Positions 38,522 through 48,125 of a stretch of DNA of 64,000 nucleotides are shown here, in pieces (positions within the stretch are counted from its first letter, which is position 1; each line of letters opens with the position of its first letter). Location: NCBI GenBank assembly GCA_016186425.1, contig JACPLR010000011.1, forward strand, positions 13,206-77,205. The letters run 5' to 3'. The notes under the pieces were generated by a model. That model was not told the origin of the DNA and searched no databases. It saw only the letters and a program-made list of their open reading frames with translations. Both the position numbers and the translations under genes were made by a program. The stretch comes from Candidatus Pacearchaeota archaeon. Its GTDB lineage: Archaea > Nanobdellota > Nanobdellia > Pacearchaeales > GW2011-AR1.

Positions 38522-39237
38522 GAATAATTGGGTTTGGAAGTTTTGGAAGATTAATGGCAAAACATCTTAAATCTAAGGCAAAAGTGTTTGTTTTTGACAA
38601 TGTAAATAAAGAAAAAGAAGCAAATGAAATGGGAGTTAGTTTTATACCAATAGAAAAGGTTGCTTCTAAGCAAATTGTTATACTTGCAGTTCCTATGGAA
38701 AATATTGAAGAAGTTCTTGTTAAAATTAAAGATAGTTTGCAGAAAAATGCTCTGGTTTTTGATGTATGCTCTTTGAAAATATTTTCTTGTGAACTTATGA
38801 AGAAAATTCTTCCTGAAAGTGTGGAGATTATTGGAACACATCCTTTATTTGGACCACAGTCGGCTCCAAATTCAATTGAGGGAATGAAAATTGCGCTCTG
38901 TAATGTTCGTGTAGATAATGAAACATTTGATTTAGTTAAAGAATTTTGCAAATCTCTAGGGCTTAATGTATTTGTGACAACTCCTGAAGAACATGACCGA
39001 CAAATGGCTTTATCACAAGCATTAACTCATTTTATTGGGCAGGCTATGAAGAATGCGGATATAAAAAGAATTGAATTAAGTACAAAAACCTTTGATAAGT
39101 TAATGGATGTTGCAGAGATAATTGGGAATGATACTCCCGCATTATTTAATAATATGCAAACAATGAATCCCTTTGCTGGAGAAGTAAGGCAAAGGTTAAT
39201 GAATGAATTAAATAAAATTGATGTGGAGTTAAAATGA
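38512..39237 (+). CDS. tyrA: prephenate/arogenate dehydrogenase
   Basis: GFGSFG Rossmann motif, DVCS.K, HPLFGP, EEHD..MA..Q.LTH. Confidence 0.9.
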   Translation: MEIGIIGFGSFGRLMAKHLKSKAKVFVFDNVNKEKEANEMGVSFIPIEKVASKQIVILAVPMENIEEVLVKIKDSLQKNALVFDVCSLKIFSCELMKKILPESVEIIGTHPLFGPQSAPNSIEGMKIALCNVRVDNETFDLVKEFCKSLGLNVFVTTPEEHDRQMALSQALTHFIGQAMKNADIKRIELSTKTFDKLMDVAEIIGNDTPALFNNMQTMNPFAGEVRQRLMNELNKIDVELK

Positions 39238-39491
39238 GTTCGTTTTTATTTGAAGCCCATGTTTCAGCAATAACTGATGCTTTAATTAAGGCCTTGCCTA
39301 GATTACGAAAAGAGTTTGGAGAGTCTTTGAGTCTTGAAGAAGTTACGGATACTATTGGCACTGGGATTTTAATGCATAGTTCTTTTGAAAATAGTTTAGG
39401 TGGAGGGTTAGGTATTTTAACATTATATAAACAAGCATTGGAAGAAAATAAAAATCCTCTAAATCCTCCATATTTTGGAGAGGGGATATAA
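39234..39491 (+). CDS. hypothetical protein
   Basis: 85 aa; overlaps the tyrA stop. Confidence 0.5.
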   Translation: MSSFLFEAHVSAITDALIKALPRLRKEFGESLSLEEVTDTIGTGILMHSSFENSLGGGLGILTLYKQALEENKNPLNPPYFGEGI

Positions 39492-39504
39492 ATTTAGAAA
39501 ATAG

Positions 39505-42015
39505 TTAAAACTCTGCCAAACTCTTTTGATTTTTGGCTTGTTTTTCAATTAAATCATTAACATTAATATTAAAAACCTGGAAAATATTTTCAACAGCTGG
39601 AAGAACCTGATTTTTTAAATAATAATCTATATCATAAGGTTTTGTTTCATCTGGCAGAAATGCCCGATCTCGCTTAAGTGCTTTTTTATTGTCACTTTCA
39701 GCAATATAATATTCAATTAACATGCCCTGATTGACAGGCATGCCTTCTGCAAGCATTTTTCTTGCAATTGTTACATGAGGTGTTACTGCTTTGTATTCTG
39801 AAAGAGGCTTTTTCAGCTGAGTCCTGATTATTATCTTATTTTTTTCAATTTTTCTTTCTTTTATCTGCTTAATTAATTGTTTTGTAAGCTCTAAAGCTGC
39901 TTTTTCATTTCCATCTTTAAGAATTTTTTCAAGAACTTTATTCTGAAGTTCTCTGGCGAGGTTGCACCAGTCTCGCCTTACTGTTTCAAATCCTCTAATT
40001 TTTAATTTTCCTTCATGGTTTATTAAAGCATATTTCTTTTTTGCCCCAAATTCTCCTTTTCGTGTTGTAACCCAGATTCCTCTTTTGTAAAAATCCTCTA
40101 ATTCCAGTTCCATTATTCCGGGAAGCTTGGAATTTATTTTTTTAAGAAATTCAAGTGCTTGAGAATTGGTTTTTTTACCTATTTCTAAAGAAAGTGAATC
40201 TGTATCGGAATAAATCGCTTTAAAGCCCGATTTTTCAGCTTTTTCAATAACTTCTTTCATAAATTTTCTTGATATTGCTGTTGCCGATGCAGAAGCTTCT
40301 GGGCAGTAATACCTTGCTCCAAAAAAACCCTGATATCCATAAGAAGCATTTGCAATAAGCTTGAAGGCGTTGCTTCTTGCTTTTAATATTGGCGAAGGAT
40401 GCGATTTATATTCGACCTTATACTGCTTTCTTAATTTAATCACTTCTTCAAGCATCTGCGGGAAAAATCCCTTTTCTTTTGTGAAGAAATATTTATTCTT
40501 GCCTGTATCTACTTCCAAAGCATTTTTACCTTTATCTTTTATTAGCTTATCTGACTTTTCACCTAGAAAAGTTGATCTTGATAAATTAAATGTTGAAATA
40601 ATACTCGGCCAGTAACTTGTAAAGTCAAACATTACAATATTCTCATAGAGTTTTGGTATTGGCTGTAAAACAAATGCTCCCTCATATTTTTCCCTTGATC
40701 TTCGTTGAGAAATTTCATCGTGCAACGGCTTTCTTTCAGCTATTTCATTATATTTATATAAATTATGAATAATGTAATGCTCAACATTTGCTGACATGCC
40801 GTCTCTTGAAATATTAAATAAAGGTTCTTGCATTAACTTTGAGAATTCTACCATATCTGGCCAGGATTTCATAAATAACTTATATGTAAGAACAGCATCC
40901 TGAAGGTTATATTCAAAAAAATTCCTCCATTCTTCCTCTTTCATTTTCTCACTTCTCTTGAATTCATGAACGACTTTTTTCTCTCCAAGAAGTTCGTTTG
41001 CAACATCTCCTAAACCCAGGGTTTCTGATTGTAAATATTGAGAATAGGCTGTTTCAATAAATTGGTATAAGTCAATATGAGTAATTCCAGATATTCTTCC
41101 TTTTGGATTTACTCCTCCTGAGAATTTTGGAATTGAATTATCAATTCCAAGGCTTAATTTGATTTTTAGCTTTTCACAGCGGGATTTTAAATAAGGAAGA
41201 TCAAAACCGTCTGAAAAATACCCCGTTAAAACATCTGGATTTACTTTCTTGAAATATTTTATAAAATCTTCAATCATGTCAGTTTCATTGCTATAACACT
41301 CAACATAATCTGGCATTGAAGGTATTTTCTTGCATGTTAAAACTTTTTTAAATCCTTCACTAACAAGAGAAATCATCAAGATTTTTCCTTTGCCAATTTC
41401 GAAATCATCTGTTTCAAGGTCAAATGCCAGGATTTTTGGAATAAATAATTTTTCATTTGTTTTTTCACTTTCAAGTTTTGTTATTTTTTCAGCTTTAATA
41501 ATAATATCAGCATCTAAGCCACTACCTATACTTCCAAACTCACCAGAATTGCTTATTTCCTCACCTTCTAATTTATACCAGTAGCTTGGAATAAGCTGTT
41601 TTTCCATAATATACCTAGTTATATAATTAATATCTAGTTCTCTTATTTTTTCTATTTCCTTATCATATTCTTTGGATATTTTTTCAGATAACTTTCCGGC
41701 ATCTTTATGGTTTGAAATAAATATTTTTATTACCTTGATTTCTTTGCCTAGAAATTTTTTGCTTTTTATTTCTGTTTTAATAACTTTCGCTGGGCGAGAA
41801 TCATCTTTTATAGTTATTTCAAGCAATTCTTTCGCTACTTCCTCTGCTTTTTTATCACTTATTTTTTCCTTTAAAATTGCCCAGAAATAAACATCGCATT
41901 TGTCAATTACTACAGCTCTTTTCTCTTGTGATGTCTTGCCAGTTACCTTTATATAATTCCTGCCTTCAAAGTCAAATGAGTCGTAATCTATGGGCATGAA
42001 GTCTATTACTACCAT
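39505..42015 (-). CDS. polB: family B DNA polymerase
   Basis: ExoI FDLET, ExoII FDLPY, DFTSYWPSII, K...N..YG, YSDTDS; C-terminal PIP-like QKSLAEF. Confidence 0.96.
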   Translation of the reverse strand: MVVIDFMPIDYDSFDFEGRNYIKVTGKTSQEKRAVVIDKCDVYFWAILKEKISDKKAEEVAKELLEITIKDDSRPAKVIKTEIKSKKFLGKEIKVIKIFISNHKDAGKLSEKISKEYDKEIEKIRELDINYITRYIMEKQLIPSYWYKLEGEEISNSGEFGSIGSGLDADIIIKAEKITKLESEKTNEKLFIPKILAFDLETDDFEIGKGKILMISLVSEGFKKVLTCKKIPSMPDYVECYSNETDMIEDFIKYFKKVNPDVLTGYFSDGFDLPYLKSRCEKLKIKLSLGIDNSIPKFSGGVNPKGRISGITHIDLYQFIETAYSQYLQSETLGLGDVANELLGEKKVVHEFKRSEKMKEEEWRNFFEYNLQDAVLTYKLFMKSWPDMVEFSKLMQEPLFNISRDGMSANVEHYIIHNLYKYNEIAERKPLHDEISQRRSREKYEGAFVLQPIPKLYENIVMFDFTSYWPSIISTFNLSRSTFLGEKSDKLIKDKGKNALEVDTGKNKYFFTKEKGFFPQMLEEVIKLRKQYKVEYKSHPSPILKARSNAFKLIANASYGYQGFFGARYYCPEASASATAISRKFMKEVIEKAEKSGFKAIYSDTDSLSLEIGKKTNSQALEFLKKINSKLPGIMELELEDFYKRGIWVTTRKGEFGAKKKYALINHEGKLKIRGFETVRRDWCNLARELQNKVLEKILKDGNEKAALELTKQLIKQIKERKIEKNKIIIRTQLKKPLSEYKAVTPHVTIARKMLAEGMPVNQGMLIEYYIAESDNKKALKRDRAFLPDETKPYDIDYYLKNQVLPAVENIFQVFNINVNDLIEKQAKNQKSLAEF

Positions 42016-42056
42016 GATAATAAGAAAGAAATAAGAATATTAAAAGGTTCTGATGT

Positions 42057-42455
42057 TTATACTTTTCCTTCTAATCTTTGCTTAGCTCTTGAAACATATT
42101 GTTCAATTGCACTTACATTTGTTCTTTTTCTTTCATCAATACCTGATTTAGAACAAACATAATCTGATATATCTGGAAAATACCCTTTTTCTGTTTTTAA
42201 TTCAGCCTCTCTAAATTCTGGAAATGTATCCATTAACCTAAAATAAGTTTTAATTAACTCGTATGTATTACAAAACCCCTCTCTCCATTCTCTTTGGTTA
42301 GGATTGTCAGAAGCCATGCCTCTAAAACCATTTAATCCTACAATTAAATTTGCAGCAATATCTCTAAACTTGCTAGAACCTGTAGCTTCTTTTTCTACTT
42401 CTTCCCATTTCTTTATATATTTTTGATATACTTTTTGGTATAAGTCCGTTATCAT
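42057..42455 (-). CDS. hypothetical protein
   Basis: 132-aa ORF. Confidence 0.6.
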   Translation of the reverse strand: MITDLYQKVYQKYIKKWEEVEKEATGSSKFRDIAANLIVGLNGFRGMASDNPNQREWREGFCNTYELIKTYFRLMDTFPEFREAELKTEKGYFPDISDYVCSKSGIDERKRTNVSAIEQYVSRAKQRLEGKV

Positions 42456-42556
42456 TTAGATAAATTATAGTAGAGGTTTTTAAACCTTTCTCCATTAGTT
42501 ATTATATAGTAGTTACATATAGAAAGGTTTAAAAATGGGAAAATACTTGAGAGAAT

Positions 42557-43192
42557 ATGGTATCCAGACAGCAAAAAAAGGAAATGCAGGAATATATTGC
42601 TTCAGCATTAGAAGGTTCTAGTTCTTATATAGAACCAAGAAATAGAATTATTTCAGGAATTAATTCGAATTATATTTTAATTGGTGAAGGTGCAACTAAA
42701 GGTTTAGTAGTTATGGTTGATCAACCTTATCCTAATCAAGCTTTAGAGGAGTTTTATAATAAAGCATTGAACCAGAGGTTGAATCCTGCTTTTGTTTTTT
42801 TTAAAGACGGAAAAACATTTTTCAGAAGTGCTATGGCCGGCAAGGATGCAACAGGGATAAAGTCTAAAAGACGTAAACAAAAAGATGAATTAGGCTTAAA
42901 AGAATATTCTAATGAAGAATTAAGAAGGATGATTTCATTCAGGCCTGAAGAAGAATTTGCCAAGTCTGTTCAACCTTTTGTTCAATATTATCAGCCTGAA
43001 TCTGATAGGCTTGAACAAGGCATTGTTTCTTATAAATTTGAACCAGTTGTTTTTGATTACAGCCATATCCCTCCTAAAGAAAGGTGGTATACATCAGAAC
43101 AAGATGAATCAACAAAATTAAGAATTTGGACAGATAGAAATTTTAATTCAGGAAAATTAAAATTAGAAGAGGGATTATTGGTTTCTGCTTAA
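42557..43192 (+). CDS. hypothetical protein
   Basis: 211-aa ORF with TTTAAAAA box about 22 nt upstream. Confidence 0.7.
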   Translation: MVSRQQKKEMQEYIASALEGSSSYIEPRNRIISGINSNYILIGEGATKGLVVMVDQPYPNQALEEFYNKALNQRLNPAFVFFKDGKTFFRSAMAGKDATGIKSKRRKQKDELGLKEYSNEELRRMISFRPEEEFAKSVQPFVQYYQPESDRLEQGIVSYKFEPVVFDYSHIPPKERWYTSEQDESTKLRIWTDRNFNSGKLKLEEGLLVSA

Positions 43193-43270
43193 TTATTTTT
43201 TAAAATATATAATATAAAATTTTTCTTTTAGGAAAAATTTTGCATGATTTATTAGATATTTAATTTAGGT
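43193..43270 (+). repeat. right half of core repeat with side hairpin C
   Basis: AAAATTTTTCttttagGAAAAATTTTgcatgatttattagatattt. Confidence 0.7.
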
Positions 43271-43350
43271 TTAATAATTGTAACTTTTATTTTTCCAGTT
43301 AATTATTTATACTATTCTTTACTTAAACTTCTATATAAAATTATAGAAAA

Positions 43351-44355
43351 ATGGGACTAAACATACGAGATATCGTGCCGAGAAGGCAACTTGAACACGG
43401 AGAATTAAAAGGAAAAGTAGTAGCTGTTGATGCATTTAATGCTCTTTACCAATTTTTAAGTTCTATAAGGCAGTATGATGGAACTCCTTTGCAGGATTCA
43501 AAAGGGAGAATAACAAGCCATCTTTCTGGATTGTTTTACAGAAATGTTGCTTTATTGTCTGAAGGAATAAGATTAGTATATGTTTTTGATGGAAAGCCTC
43601 CTGAAATGAAAGCTGGAACAAACCAAGGAAGAATTGAGAGAAAAGATATTGCAAATGAAAAATATAAAGAAGCAAAAGAGAAAGAAGATTACGAGGCAAT
43701 GAAGAAATACAGCCAGCAAAATATAAGACTTAGTACAGAAATGATTGAAGAAAGCAAAGAATTGCTGATGGCAATGGGAATTGCTGTTGTTCAGTCGCCT
43801 AGCGAGGGTGAAGCACAAGCGTCTTATTTCGTAAAGAATAAAGAGGTTTATGCTGTTGCTTCGCAGGATTATGATTGCTTGTTATTTGGAGCGCCAAGAT
43901 TAATCCAAAATTTGACGCTGTCAAGAAAAAGAAAAACAGTTTCCGGATATGTTGAGATTTTTCCAGAGATTATTGAATTAGAAAAAGTTCTTAATAGCTT
44001 GCAAGTAAATCATGATCAGCTGATTTCTCTTGGCATTTTAGTTGGAACTGATTATAATCCTGGAGGTATTCACGGAATTGGCCAGAAAAAAGCCCTTCAG
44101 CTGGTGCAGAAATTCAAACAGCCCGCCTTGATTTTCAAGCAGTATGAGGAACTTGATTCGGAATGGAAGAAGATTTTTGAGATGTTTAAGAAACCTAGCG
44201 TTGATAAAAATGCAGAAATTAATTTTCCAAAGATAAATGAAGAGAAAATAAAAGAGATTCTTTTAGAGCACGAATTTTCAGAAGAGAGAATTAGCAACAG
44301 TCTTGAGAAATTGAAAGAGGCTAAGGAAAAAGGAAGCCAGAAGACGCTTTTCTGA
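43351..44355 (+). CDS. fen: flap endonuclease 1
   Basis: VDAFNALYQFL, VFDGKPP, EGEAQAS, SQD.D, GTDY..GG..GIG; C-terminal PIP-like QKTLF. Confidence 0.97.
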   Translation: MGLNIRDIVPRRQLEHGELKGKVVAVDAFNALYQFLSSIRQYDGTPLQDSKGRITSHLSGLFYRNVALLSEGIRLVYVFDGKPPEMKAGTNQGRIERKDIANEKYKEAKEKEDYEAMKKYSQQNIRLSTEMIEESKELLMAMGIAVVQSPSEGEAQASYFVKNKEVYAVASQDYDCLLFGAPRLIQNLTLSRKRKTVSGYVEIFPEIIELEKVLNSLQVNHDQLISLGILVGTDYNPGGIHGIGQKKALQLVQKFKQPALIFKQYEELDSEWKKIFEMFKKPSVDKNAEINFPKINEEKIKEILLEHEFSEERISNSLEKLKEAKEKGSQKTLF

Positions 44356-44535
44356 AAATATTACAATAATTTTACCCGATTTTTAAGTTAAATTAGATAT
44401 GTTAAAATTACAAGTCTCTATAGCTTACTCATTTAAATAATGGAGGGAGATGGGATGATTTCAGATAAGGTTTTGAAAATAAGTAATCTAAAATTTTTCT
44501 ATGTAAAAAATTTATGCCTAATTTAGAGCTTAAGT
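44356..44535 (+). repeat. right half of a core repeat, linker and full core repeat with hairpin C
   Basis: tatgttaaaattacaa linker; gcttactcatttaaataatgg...TTCAgataaggttTTGAA...aaatttttctatgtaaaaaattt. Confidence 0.8.
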
Positions 44536-44628
44536 TATTATTGATCTCTATTCTGTTATGTATATTACTTACGATTTAATTCTTTATAATTAACTAAACT
44601 TTATATATTGGTTTTTACTATTTATTTT

Positions 44629-45408
44629 ATGATTCCAAAAAGCTTTGATGTGCTAGGAAATATTGCAATTCTTAAGTTTCCTGAAGAAACTAGAAAAAGT
44701 GAAAAATTAAAATCTGCAAAGCAGATATTAAAAGTGCATAAAAGCATTACCACTGTTTTGGAAAAATCTGATAAAATTAAAGGAAGATTAAGGACATTTA
44801 AGACAACTTATCTTGCTGGGATTAAAACAAAAATAGCTTCTTATGTTGAGAATGGATGCAGATTCAGGTTTGATGTTGAAAAAACATATTTTTCTCCGAG
44901 GTTAAGCAATGAGAGAAATCAGCTGGCAAAGAAAATAAAGAAAAATGAAAAAGTCTTGGTTTTGTTTGCAGGTGTTGCACCATTTGCTATAGTTATTGCA
45001 AAACTGGCAAAGCCGGAAATAGTTTATAGTGTTGAAATTAATAAAAATGCCAGTAAATGTGCTGAAGAAAATGTCAAACTGAATAAGTTGCAGAATATTA
45101 GGGTTATTCAGGGAGATTCTAAGAAAGTTATTCCAAAGTTGGTTAAGCAAGGAATTAAATTTGACAGAATAGTCATGCCAAGAGCTCAATTAAAAGAAAC
45201 TTTTTTGACTTTTGCCTTGAAAGTTATTAAAAAAAATGGAATAATTAATTATTACGGGTTTGGAAAGCAAGAAAGCGAGATATTAGATGAAATTGAGAGA
45301 GATGTTAAGAAGGCTGGGAAGAAAATTAAAATAATAAATATTAAAAAAGCCGGGAATATTGCTCCTTATAAGTATCGCTGGAGAGTGGATTTTAAGGTTT
45401 TGAATTAA
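44629..45408 (+). CDS. Trm5/TYW2 (Met-10+-like) SAM-dependent tRNA modification enzyme
   Basis: FDVLGNIA, EN.C.F..D...YFSPRL..ER, FAGV.PF, EIN, DRIVMP. Confidence 0.88.
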   Translation: MIPKSFDVLGNIAILKFPEETRKSEKLKSAKQILKVHKSITTVLEKSDKIKGRLRTFKTTYLAGIKTKIASYVENGCRFRFDVEKTYFSPRLSNERNQLAKKIKKNEKVLVLFAGVAPFAIVIAKLAKPEIVYSVEINKNASKCAEENVKLNKLQNIRVIQGDSKKVIPKLVKQGIKFDRIVMPRAQLKETFLTFALKVIKKNGIINYYGFGKQESEILDEIERDVKKAGKKIKIINIKKAGNIAPYKYRWRVDFKVLN

Positions 45409-45433
45409 AATTCAGTCAATAAAAAGAAATAAA

Positions 45434-45556
45434 GTAGTTCTAGCGAAAAAATAAGTTAAAGGTATTAATGTATTTCAAAAAGTTTTTGAATCAATATAAG
45501 ACTAAATTTCTCTTTTGGGAGAAATTTAAACTTAGTTATTGGCTGGTTAAGCTAAG
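45434..45556 (+). repeat. full core hairpin repeat with extended outer arms
   Basis: Left arm ctagcgaaaaaataagtt against right-arm reverse complement ccagccaataactaagtt (14/18); TTCAAaaagtttTTGAA; AAATTTCTCttttggGAGAAATTT. Confidence 0.85.
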
Positions 45557-45664
45557 CAGTTTTATTAATCTTATAATCTATTATCAACTACTTTTTCTAA
45601 TGATTTTACAACAAATATATTTAAAAACATCTTTAATTTTCTGCTATTCTACTGAATTATTAAA

Positions 45665-47698
45665 ATGCAATTTGAAGATATTAAAAAAGAAAGTGATAAA
45701 ACTGAAAAGAGCCAGCTGAAATTTAATGCTGACGGAAGCATTGATTTGCCGGATAGTGTTAAGGAAGATTTGGAAAAACAGAAAAAAGAGATGAAGGAAC
45801 TGGATATCTGGGATGACTTAGATGAAAATACTGGAGATGAGGAAAAAGAATATAATTTAAACGATAATGTCTCCGGATTTAATCTTTATTCACAAAATTC
45901 AAGGCTTAATCCTTTGATGTTTTCAAACAATAAAACACAGGAAGATGTTGTTAGTGAAGTTATGGATCTTATTCAAAAGGGGAAGAGAGTCATTTTTATT
46001 AAAGGTGTGTGTGGTACGGGCAAGTCAGCTATTGCGTTGAATCTTGCAAAAAAATTAGGAAGGGCAAGCATTATTGTTCCTGGCAAGGCTTTGCAGAAGC
46101 AATATATGGAGGATTATTCAAAGCAAAAATATGTTTTGAAAGATGACCATAAAAAACTAAAAATAAAAGTGATTACAGGAAGGAATAATCATCCTTGCTT
46201 GTATAAAAAGGGAGTTAGCGCTGATGATTCTGAACTGCCGTGTAAAATTGAAATAAACGAGAAAAATCTGGAAAAATTAAAAGAATATTTAAAAGAGAAT
46301 CCGAGAATAAAAAAAGATTTGGCGTTGAAAAATATAAGAAGAATATCTATTGCTCCTGTTTGCCCGTATTGGTCTCCAATTATTCCTTATGAGATGGATT
46401 ATCCTTTGGAAGCTGAGAAAAGGGAATATAGGGGATTGAGAGGAAGAAGATTTAGAATTTATAACAGAGAAAATGGATGCAGATATTATAATCAGTTTAA
46501 TTCTTACCTGGATTCAGAGGTAATTGTTTTTAATTCCATGAAATACAAGCTAGAAATGCTTATGAACCGCAAGCCGGCTACGGATGTTGAAATAATTGAC
46601 GAATGTGACGAATTTCTTGATAGTTTTGCAAATATAAACAGAATTAACCTCACAAGACTTTTAAATACTCTAATAAAACTTTATATTGATGATGACAGGG
46701 CTGAATTTGTAATTAAAAAATTGCTGGATTCTGTGAATAAAATTTTAAACGATGATTATACTGGAGAACTTATACTCAGAAATGATATAACTGAAATTAA
46801 AAAGACAGAAATTTATAATATCCTAAAGATTTTTTCAGATTATAAAGATATTTTCGAATTAGTTGATGAAGAAAATTACTGCTTAACTGTTTTGGAGACT
46901 GCCCTGGAATTTGAAGATCTGATTGATGAGGCATTTGTAAAGCTTTATCATAGTGAGAGAGGTTTGATTGCTGAAGTAGCTGCAACAAACCTTGCAAAAA
47001 AGTTTTTTGAAATGCTGGATAAAAATAAAATACTAATTTTAATGTCCGGGACAATCCACTCTCCGAGTGTTTTAAGAGACATTTTCGGAATTAAAGATTT
47101 TGAAGTAGTGGATGCTGAAGTTTTAACTCAGGGGAAAATTGAAGTTAAGAATACAGGCTTTGAAATAGATTGCAGGTATGAAAATTTTAAAAACGGCAAA
47201 GCAACCAGAGAAAATTATTTAATTGCATTAAATAAAGCTGTTGAACAGGCTGTAAAGCCTATTCTTGTTCATGTAAATTCTTTTAACGATCTTCCTTCTT
47301 ATGAAGAGAAATTTAAATATGGTTTAATCGAATTAATCACGGGACAGCAGCTTAAAGATACTCAATGGGAAGATAAGGAAAATAAGGAGGTAGAGAAATT
47401 TAAAAGCGGAAAAATCAGTGTTTTATTCACAACTAAATGCAATCGTGGAGCTGATTTTCCCGGAGATCAGTGCAGAAGCGTGATTTTCACAAAATATCCT
47501 AACCCTGATGTAGATTCAATATTCTGGAAAATTCTTAATAAAACACACAAGCATTATTACTGGGAGTTTTACAAGGACAAAGCAAAAAGAGAATTCTTGC
47601 AGAGAGTTTATCGTGGAGTTAGAAGCAAAGATGACTGGGTTTATGTTTTATCTCCCGATAAAAGAGTTTTGGATGCTGTTAAGACAATGAATGTTTAA
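45665..47698 (+). CDS. SF2 DinG/XPD-like helicase
   Basis: Walker A GVCGTGKS, IIDECDE, MSGT, RG.DF, Q..RG.R..DD; spaced Cys residues compatible with an Fe-S domain. Confidence 0.85.
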   Translation: MQFEDIKKESDKTEKSQLKFNADGSIDLPDSVKEDLEKQKKEMKELDIWDDLDENTGDEEKEYNLNDNVSGFNLYSQNSRLNPLMFSNNKTQEDVVSEVMDLIQKGKRVIFIKGVCGTGKSAIALNLAKKLGRASIIVPGKALQKQYMEDYSKQKYVLKDDHKKLKIKVITGRNNHPCLYKKGVSADDSELPCKIEINEKNLEKLKEYLKENPRIKKDLALKNIRRISIAPVCPYWSPIIPYEMDYPLEAEKREYRGLRGRRFRIYNRENGCRYYNQFNSYLDSEVIVFNSMKYKLEMLMNRKPATDVEIIDECDEFLDSFANINRINLTRLLNTLIKLYIDDDRAEFVIKKLLDSVNKILNDDYTGELILRNDITEIKKTEIYNILKIFSDYKDIFELVDEENYCLTVLETALEFEDLIDEAFVKLYHSERGLIAEVAATNLAKKFFEMLDKNKILILMSGTIHSPSVLRDIFGIKDFEVVDAEVLTQGKIEVKNTGFEIDCRYENFKNGKATRENYLIALNKAVEQAVKPILVHVNSFNDLPSYEEKFKYGLIELITGQQLKDTQWEDKENKEVEKFKSGKISVLFTTKCNRGADFPGDQCRSVIFTKYPNPDVDSIFWKILNKTHKHYYWEFYKDKAKREFLQRVYRGVRSKDDWVYVLSPDKRVLDAVKTMNV

Positions 47699-47814
47699 TA
47701 AAAAATTTAAAATTTTATAAATACCCCGGTATATTTTATACCTCTTTTTGGTATAAAACTTACCATAAATAATTTATAGTATATAATCTATAAAAAAATA
47801 TTAAAGCTTAATAT

Positions 47815-47950
47815 ATCTAGTGTGAAAATCGGGGAAGAATATGGTTATATTTCAAAATTATTCTTGAATCAACACTATACTAAATAATAAAGACAATCAA
47901 TGGTTTTCTTTATCAAACTTTCCTTTTATTAGGAGAAATTTAACATAATT
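47815..47950 (+). repeat. full core repeat with module B nested in side hairpin C
   Basis: TTCAAaattattcTTGAA...ctaaat[aataaagacaatcaatggttttctttatcaaac]tttccttttattaggagaaattt. Confidence 0.85.
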
Positions 47951-48125
47951 TCAAGTAGTCACTAGTTTCTTAAGGTAAATGAGGTGTTTTGATAACTTAT
48001 AGTTTTTATATATTTTTGTAAAAAGAGATTTCATAAAGAGAATTATAAATTCTTTTTATTTTATATATCATAATATTTATATACTATACTGCCAATATTT
48101 GAATATAAAAAGAGAATAAAAGAGG

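Noticed and set aside
39505..42015. Intein or inactivated PolB
   Set aside because: Length is normal, no intein splice motifs were seen, and the catalytic motifs are intact.
45468..45719. 83-aa ORF
   Set aside because: It starts inside the repeat and overlaps the helicase promoter and start.
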